Assembly: GCA_002159075.1 (NCBI GenBank)
Contig: LZRT01000085.1
Span: 6,177-70,176, forward strand
Length of the DNA: 64,000 nt
From: Bacillus thermozeamaize
GTDB lineage: Bacteria; Bacillota; Bacilli; ZCTH02-B2
Reading direction: 5' to 3'
Within the stretch, counting starts at the first letter, position 1, and every line of letters starts with the position of its first letter. Below are positions 59,248 through 64,000 of this stretch, piece after piece. The position numbers were made by a program, and so were the translations under genes. Below the pieces are notes generated by a model. The model searched no databases. It was not told the origin of the DNA and worked only from the letters and a program-made list of their open reading frames with translations.

Positions 59248-59770
59248 TATTTAGGGCAGTAAATAAGATCACGTAATATCATATAATACAGATGCTGTTC
59301 AAGCAATTGGTGATAAATTGATGCCAAATGAAACTACATGCTTTTTTCCTTGAAAAAAGCGCATCGAGTTTGGTTGCCGCTTCGCGATCAGCAGATTGCA
59401 AGGCATGGCCAAAAGTGTCCATTGTGATGCGTATGTCGACATGTTCAAGTGGTGCAGAAATGATTTTTGCAATATTGCACCATATTGCAGAAAAGAAATT
59501 GGCGTTCCTTCTCTTTCCAAAGGTCAATGTTCTTTAGTTTTTGTCCCGCTTTTCAATTGCTACAATTTATCATGCAAATGGTAGTTTCGATGTTACACCG
59601 CAGTAAAACAATGATAAAATAACTAAATTAAGAGGATATCTTGATGATGCAGGAAAGATTGAAGGTGATAACTTGGCTTTTCACTTCTCAAATTTTATAA
59701 TCACAATGCTGTTTTTATTAATCATATTTTTGTTTTTTATAGGATGCTTGTATTTTTTGGGAAAATTTTT

Positions 59771-59889
59771 GAGATGGATCATTCATAAGTAAATAAATGA
59801 ATTAGACTGGCTATATCTTATAGACAAGATTTTAAGATGGATCATCCTTAAGTAAATATTAATTTTAGGCTGGCGTTTATTTTGCCAGC
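59771..59889. repeat. Two imperfect direct repeats (~40 nt, AGATGGATCATnCnTAAGTAAATA...CTGGC) followed by a hairpin
   Basis: Copy 1 at 59772-59811 and copy 2 at 59836-59875, about 80 percent identical. Copy 2 runs into the hairpin ggctggcgtttattttgccagc followed by a T-run. Confidence 0.4.
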
Positions 59890-60125
59890 TTTTTTATATA
59901 GTAAAGGTGAAAAAATTGGCCACCTGGCTATGGAAGTCAGGTGGCTCGAAGGGCTGGTATTTATTTTTTCGCTCTAAATCGATACAAAAACACCTGATTT
60001 CCGTTTACTGGTTGTTAACGCCGACGTATAATTGACCCGGGATCGCCAAAAAAGAATTGACCCACCCCTCAACAAAAGGTACCCTTCGATATGTCGGAAA
60101 AAACAAACATCGGAGGGGAAACCAA

Positions 60126-61349
60126 ATGTCAAGGAGTGGGACAGTGATATCATTACATGAAATGAAGGCATCTGGCAAGAGTATTCGCGCCATCACCAGA
60201 GAAACCGGTTATTCACGAAACACCATTCGGCGATATCTAAGATCAAAAGGGGTCTTTGAAAGAAAGCCACGCGCAAAACGGCCTTCGAAATTGGATCCAT
60301 ATAAACCTCTTCTGGATGAGTTGATGGCCCAAGGAATCTACAACTGCGAGGTCCTTTTCGAACGCATTCGGGAACAGGGATACCAAGGCGGCCGGACCAT
60401 TCTCAAGGACTATGTGAAAGCCTTCCGTCCCCCAAAACAAACACCAGCGATTCAGCGTTATGAAACCAAGCCCGGTGAATATGCTCAAGTGGATTGGGGA
60501 ATGTGTGAGTATGTTGACCCTGAGGGGCAGGTACATAAAGTTCCGGTGTTTGTGATGGTCTTAGGTTATTCCAGAGCCATGTACATCGAGTTTACGAAAC
60601 GCTGTGATACCCACAGTTTCCTTCGGTGTCTGATTCACGCGTTCGAGTATTTCGGGGGCATTCCTAAGATCATGCTCACGGACCAGATGAAAACCGTTGT
60701 GCTTGGGATGGGAGAGGATCGCAAGCCACGCTGGCATCCCCTGTTTGCCGACTTTGCTGCAGCCATGGGTCTTGTGCCAAAGGTGTGTCAAGTCAGGCGA
60801 CCACAAACCAAGGGGAAGGTGGAGCGAGGTGTCCGCTTTGTTAAAGAGAACTTTATTCCAGGCAGGCAGTTTGTCGATCTGGGGGATCTCAACCGGCAAG
60901 CCCTGCAGTGGTGCGATGCGAAAAACAAACGGATTCACGGGACAACTGGAGAACGGCCAAGTGAGCGCTTGCTTCAGGAAAAGTTGCAGCTCCTGCCACC
61001 AAAAGAAAGGTGGGCGAAATATCTTCACGAGCCGCGCCGGGTCAGTCGAGACCGGTTTGTCAGCTACGATGGGGTGCGTTACGGGGTTCCCTGGCAATAT
61101 AGTGGTCGTGAGGTGATGGTGCGGGAAGTCAATGGGATGCTCGAGATCATGGTTGATGGGATACCGGTTGCCAAGCATGAGAAAGTTCACCGATCACGAG
61201 CGATTGTCCTTTGTCCAGGTCAATACGCTGGTTTAAAAGCGGCCAACGGTTACACCCACCCACGCCCTCAGGCGAAGCAGATACTGGCTCAGGATGTGGA
61301 AATTCGTTCGCTTGAGGTCTATGAACGCCTGATGGAGGTGGGAACATGA
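60126..61349 (+). CDS. istA: IS21-family transposase IstA
   Basis: N-terminal HTH (GKSIRAITRETGYSRNTIRRYL). Integrase catalytic core with DDE (..YAQVDWG..). Length 407 aa. ATG follows GGAGGGG. Confidence 0.9.
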   Translation: MSRSGTVISLHEMKASGKSIRAITRETGYSRNTIRRYLRSKGVFERKPRAKRPSKLDPYKPLLDELMAQGIYNCEVLFERIREQGYQGGRTILKDYVKAFRPPKQTPAIQRYETKPGEYAQVDWGMCEYVDPEGQVHKVPVFVMVLGYSRAMYIEFTKRCDTHSFLRCLIHAFEYFGGIPKIMLTDQMKTVVLGMGEDRKPRWHPLFADFAAAMGLVPKVCQVRRPQTKGKVERGVRFVKENFIPGRQFVDLGDLNRQALQWCDAKNKRIHGTTGERPSERLLQEKLQLLPPKERWAKYLHEPRRVSRDRFVSYDGVRYGVPWQYSGREVMVREVNGMLEIMVDGIPVAKHEKVHRSRAIVLCPGQYAGLKAANGYTHPRPQAKQILAQDVEIRSLEVYERLMEVGT

Positions 61350-62119
61350 TTGAACTGGAACAAGCCCGCGCCCGGTTGCACGAATTGGGACTGGAACAGG
61401 CAGCCCTTCAATTGGATGCACAGCTGGAAGCCGCAAGTCGTGAGCAAAGCACATACCTTGCTTTTCTCAACCATCTCTTGGATGTTGAGACCTCCGAACG
61501 GCAAAAGCGAAATCTGGAGGTTCGGACCAAACTGGCCCATTTGCCCTACCGGAAAACGCTCGATGAATTTGATTTTGCCTTCCAGCCCAGTATTGATGAG
61601 CGCCTGATTCGTGAATTAGCTACGATGAGCTTCATTAGTCGCAATGAGAATGTCCTGTTTCTCGGTCCTCCTGGGGTAGGCAAAAGCCATTTGGCAGTGG
61701 CCTTGGCCAATGAGGCGATCCATCAAGGCGTCTCCGTTTACTTTGTCAGCATGTCGTACATGATGGAAGACTTGCGTAAGGCGTACACAGAGAACCGGTT
61801 GGACAAGCGGTTGCGGGTGTATCTCAGACCCCGCATGCTTGTGGTTGATGAGGTCGGATATTTGCCTCTGGACAACATTGCAGCCAATCTCTTTTTCCAG
61901 GTGGTGAGTGCCCGTTACGAGCGAGGGAGTATCTTGCTGACAAGCAACAAAAGTTTTGGAGAGTGGGGAGAGTTGGTAGGGGATCCGATCTTGGCAACAG
62001 CAATCCTGGATCGCCTCCTCCACCATTGCCATGTCATCAACATCCGTGGAAACAGCTATCGCTTGAAAGAAAAAGTGAGGGCTGGGATCTACGGAACACC
62101 GCCATCAATGACACGATGA
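61346..62119 (+). CDS. istB: IS21-family helper ATPase IstB
   Basis: Walker A GPPGVGKSHLAVALA and Walker B LLVVDEVGY. Length 257 aa. Start overlaps the istA stop. Confidence 0.9.
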   Translation: MIELEQARARLHELGLEQAALQLDAQLEAASREQSTYLAFLNHLLDVETSERQKRNLEVRTKLAHLPYRKTLDEFDFAFQPSIDERLIRELATMSFISRNENVLFLGPPGVGKSHLAVALANEAIHQGVSVYFVSMSYMMEDLRKAYTENRLDKRLRVYLRPRMLVVDEVGYLPLDNIAANLFFQVVSARYERGSILLTSNKSFGEWGELVGDPILATAILDRLLHHCHVINIRGNSYRLKEKVRAGIYGTPPSMTR

Positions 62120-62199
62120 ATCACCCGTGGTGGGTCAATTTTAAACTGGCCAAAGTGGGTCAAATATAATCCGGCCTTGACACTGGTGGATGAAACAAA

Positions 62200-62259
62200 G
62201 GTGTTTGTCATCAATCTGAGACCTGGCAAGTGCCAGATCTCAGATTGATGACAAACACC
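62200..62259. repeat. 60-bp near-perfect palindrome (22-bp perfect arms plus a further near-perfect inner stem) immediately outside the IS21 right end
   Basis: ggtgtttgtcatcaatctgaga-cctggcaagtgccaga-tctcagattgatgacaaacacc. The arms are exact reverse complements. Confidence 0.7.
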
Positions 62260-62511
62260 ATTGCTCCGTCTACCAAAAAGGGGAAACCTGTTCAATATGA
62301 AGTGAATCGGATTTTTTCCAATTTCACTTTTGCATTACCTCATGTTGTGATGCAAACACATCTACTGGAACAAAAAAGGATTTAATGCAAAAGGTTCATA
62401 AAAATAAATGAATGATCATTTTCTTTTAATGTTGTATAATTGTGATGTATTACAGAAGTAGTATTTAAAAATGTCAGATTTAGCAATTGGCGTAAGGAGG
62501 GAATAAGAAGC

Positions 62512-62712
62512 GTGATTATAATTAAACTTTTATGGTTGGTTTTGTTTTTCGGGATATTATCAGCGGTTATTGTATTTTTAAGGAGAAGCAGATCACAGGA
62601 AGAAATGACAATTAAAAGTCTTCTTTTTTTAATCTTCGATGCAGTTTTGTTTTTTTTTGCTGCGATGGTTCTGTCCATCTTAATTGGTATAGCAGATATA
62701 GTTTTTCAATAA
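62512..62712 (+). CDS. Small hydrophobic peptide (66 aa, 2 TM), unknown function
   Basis: GTG start follows AAGGAGGG. Two predicted TM helices. AT-rich context. Confidence 0.3.
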   Translation: MIIIKLLWLVLFFGILSAVIVFLRRSRSQEEMTIKSLLFLIFDAVLFFFAAMVLSILIGIADIVFQ

Positions 62713-63113
62713 ATAGAGCTTGTTGAATAAATCAATGGAGAAAAACACCTGCTCTCTGTCGAGTTTTGCTGTAACGACTGACTTTAGTTTCTATTTTGAT
62801 GTTTATCTGTTCCACGGAGCCTTGCAGATTTCACCCCATGGGATAAGTCTACCAACCAGTCACAGAAATAAGAAAAGATTACCCACATCACATGTCGGCG
62901 GTAGCAATTTTGACAAAAAGTCGCGGATTCTCCAAGTGATACCTCACTTTGAGAATTGAAAAGAATCGTTCCATCTAAGCATGCATCTCCATGTCGAAAA
63001 TTGACGAAAAAGTGATATACTATTTATTATTGACAAAATTAAACATTTGCTTTAAACTTCAATATACCATCTTCTCTTTGCCAAAAAATATATTAAGGAA
63101 AGGGATGATAGTA

Positions 63114-63872
63114 ATGAAGAAGTTTTTCCTTATCATGTTGTCTGCTATTTTTGTAATTGTTAGCTCTATTTTAGGTGGAATTGAAGTCAATGCAGAAACA
63201 AATGCAACTTCTTTAGAGGACATTAGTAAGATTGAACTTGATTCAAAATTGAAAAGCGATGAGCCAATTATAACTTTGGAAGCATATAATCAGCTTCTGA
63301 AAAAGAATGGTTTACCAACCGTCACACATGAAGTAAAAATTCCAACCTTCAGGGAAATCAATGAAGCTTTAGCAAAAATGAATGTTTCTCAAGATAATCC
63401 GTATGAGCAAGTATATTTGGGTGACGGTTTCTATATTGAAGCCATAGTTTCCGAAAGAACTCCTTCGAATGATAATTTATCCGTGTCAGGTACTTCAGAT
63501 GTTAAACCAATGGCTGTGTATTCTACAACAGCAAAAGGGACAATTCACTTAAAAGGATTTTTTGGGTTGATAAGAGTTGCATCTCTAACAATGTCGGTAA
63601 ACTATTCTTATGACCCTAATCCTCCTGCAAAAATTGTCAGTTACCAAAACACGCCAACTGTAGCGCCATGGGCTCTCCCTCCTGGCACATATAAAGTATT
63701 AATGGCAAAAAATCTTCGTATTGACCCTGCAGGCGCAGTCATGGATGCAATAACAGATGTTGAATATGATTCCGTACCGGATTATAACGTCAAGTTCATA
63801 GGACATATGGAACTTCGTTACACAGCAACAGGGACATATTACATTCATGATAGTTGGTTCATCGCTCCCTAG
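63114..63872 (+). CDS. Secreted protein of unknown function (signal peptide)
   Basis: N-terminal signal peptide MKKFFLIMLSAIFVIVSSILGGIEVNA. ATG sits 9 nt after AAGGAAAGGG. Low-GC region; no recognisable domain. Confidence 0.45.
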   Translation: MKKFFLIMLSAIFVIVSSILGGIEVNAETNATSLEDISKIELDSKLKSDEPIITLEAYNQLLKKNGLPTVTHEVKIPTFREINEALAKMNVSQDNPYEQVYLGDGFYIEAIVSERTPSNDNLSVSGTSDVKPMAVYSTTAKGTIHLKGFFGLIRVASLTMSVNYSYDPNPPAKIVSYQNTPTVAPWALPPGTYKVLMAKNLRIDPAGAVMDAITDVEYDSVPDYNVKFIGHMELRYTATGTYYIHDSWFIAP

Positions 63873-64000
63873 GAATCAAACAGAGGTAAAAAGGTTAACC
63901 GACACTCTCGAGAATCTACAACCCATGATGGATTGCAGTTTATGATTTCGACAAAAAAGCCTGTAGACAAAGCTCCAAACGGAGCCAGGTCTACATGCTT

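Larger units (their letters stand above)
60021..62174 (+). mobile_element. IS21-family insertion sequence (istA-istB), about 2.15 kb
   Basis: istA and istB have the typical ATGA start/stop overlap. Imperfect terminal inverted repeats are CCGACGTATAATTGACCC (left) and GGGTCAAATATAATCCGG (right). Each end carries multiple TTGACCC/GGGTCAA IstA-binding-like repeats. Confidence 0.8.

Noticed and set aside
59279-59600. Short ORFs on both strands next to tRNA-Val, considered as an integrase remnant
   Set aside because: No recognisable recombinase motifs (no R..HxxR..Y box), the frames are broken and there are no RBSs. Kept only as a possible decayed remnant in the island finding.

Overview
This 64 kb window from a high-GC Firmicute (Bacillales-like RBS signals and frequent GTG/TTG starts) is dominated by a sigma-54-controlled acyl-CoA catabolic supercluster. 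In order, it holds the following. (1) 1-7300: an organosulfur-type locus with a NitT/TauT (SsuABC-like) ABC transporter, a family-III CoA-transferase, a cysteine-dioxygenase-like cupin and an SfnB/DszC-like flavoprotein. (2) 7364-26230: module A, containing a CBS-PAS-AAA+ sigma-54 activator divergent from an operon of two tandem ACADs, a carboxyltransferase, two acyl-CoA ligases, a TRAP transporter, two enoyl-CoA hydratases, two more ACADs and a split AtuA homolog (DUF1446 + DUF4387). (3) 26231-28460: a low-GC insert with its own sigma-54 promoter, a GatC/AtzG-like mini-ORF and an amidase-signature enzyme. (4) 28513-49645: module B, with a paralogous sigma-54 activator divergent from an operon of an Acs-like ligase, a sodium:solute symporter, a ligase, a carboxyltransferase, BCCP, biotin carboxylase, a MaoC hydratase and a paralogous tandem ACAD pair, followed by four tandem acyl-CoA ligases. 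(5) 49845-59250: housekeeping genes (SLT, sodA, HAD, ilvD, cation/H+ antiporter, ddl, PHP phosphoesterase) and a four-tRNA cluster. (6) 59250-64000: a low-GC island boundary with degenerate repeats, an IS21-family element (istAB), a 60-bp perfect hairpin and AT-rich genes of unknown function. Four sigma-54 -24/-12 promoters share an upstream TTACAAATGTA motif. No CRISPR arrays or recognisable defence systems were found.
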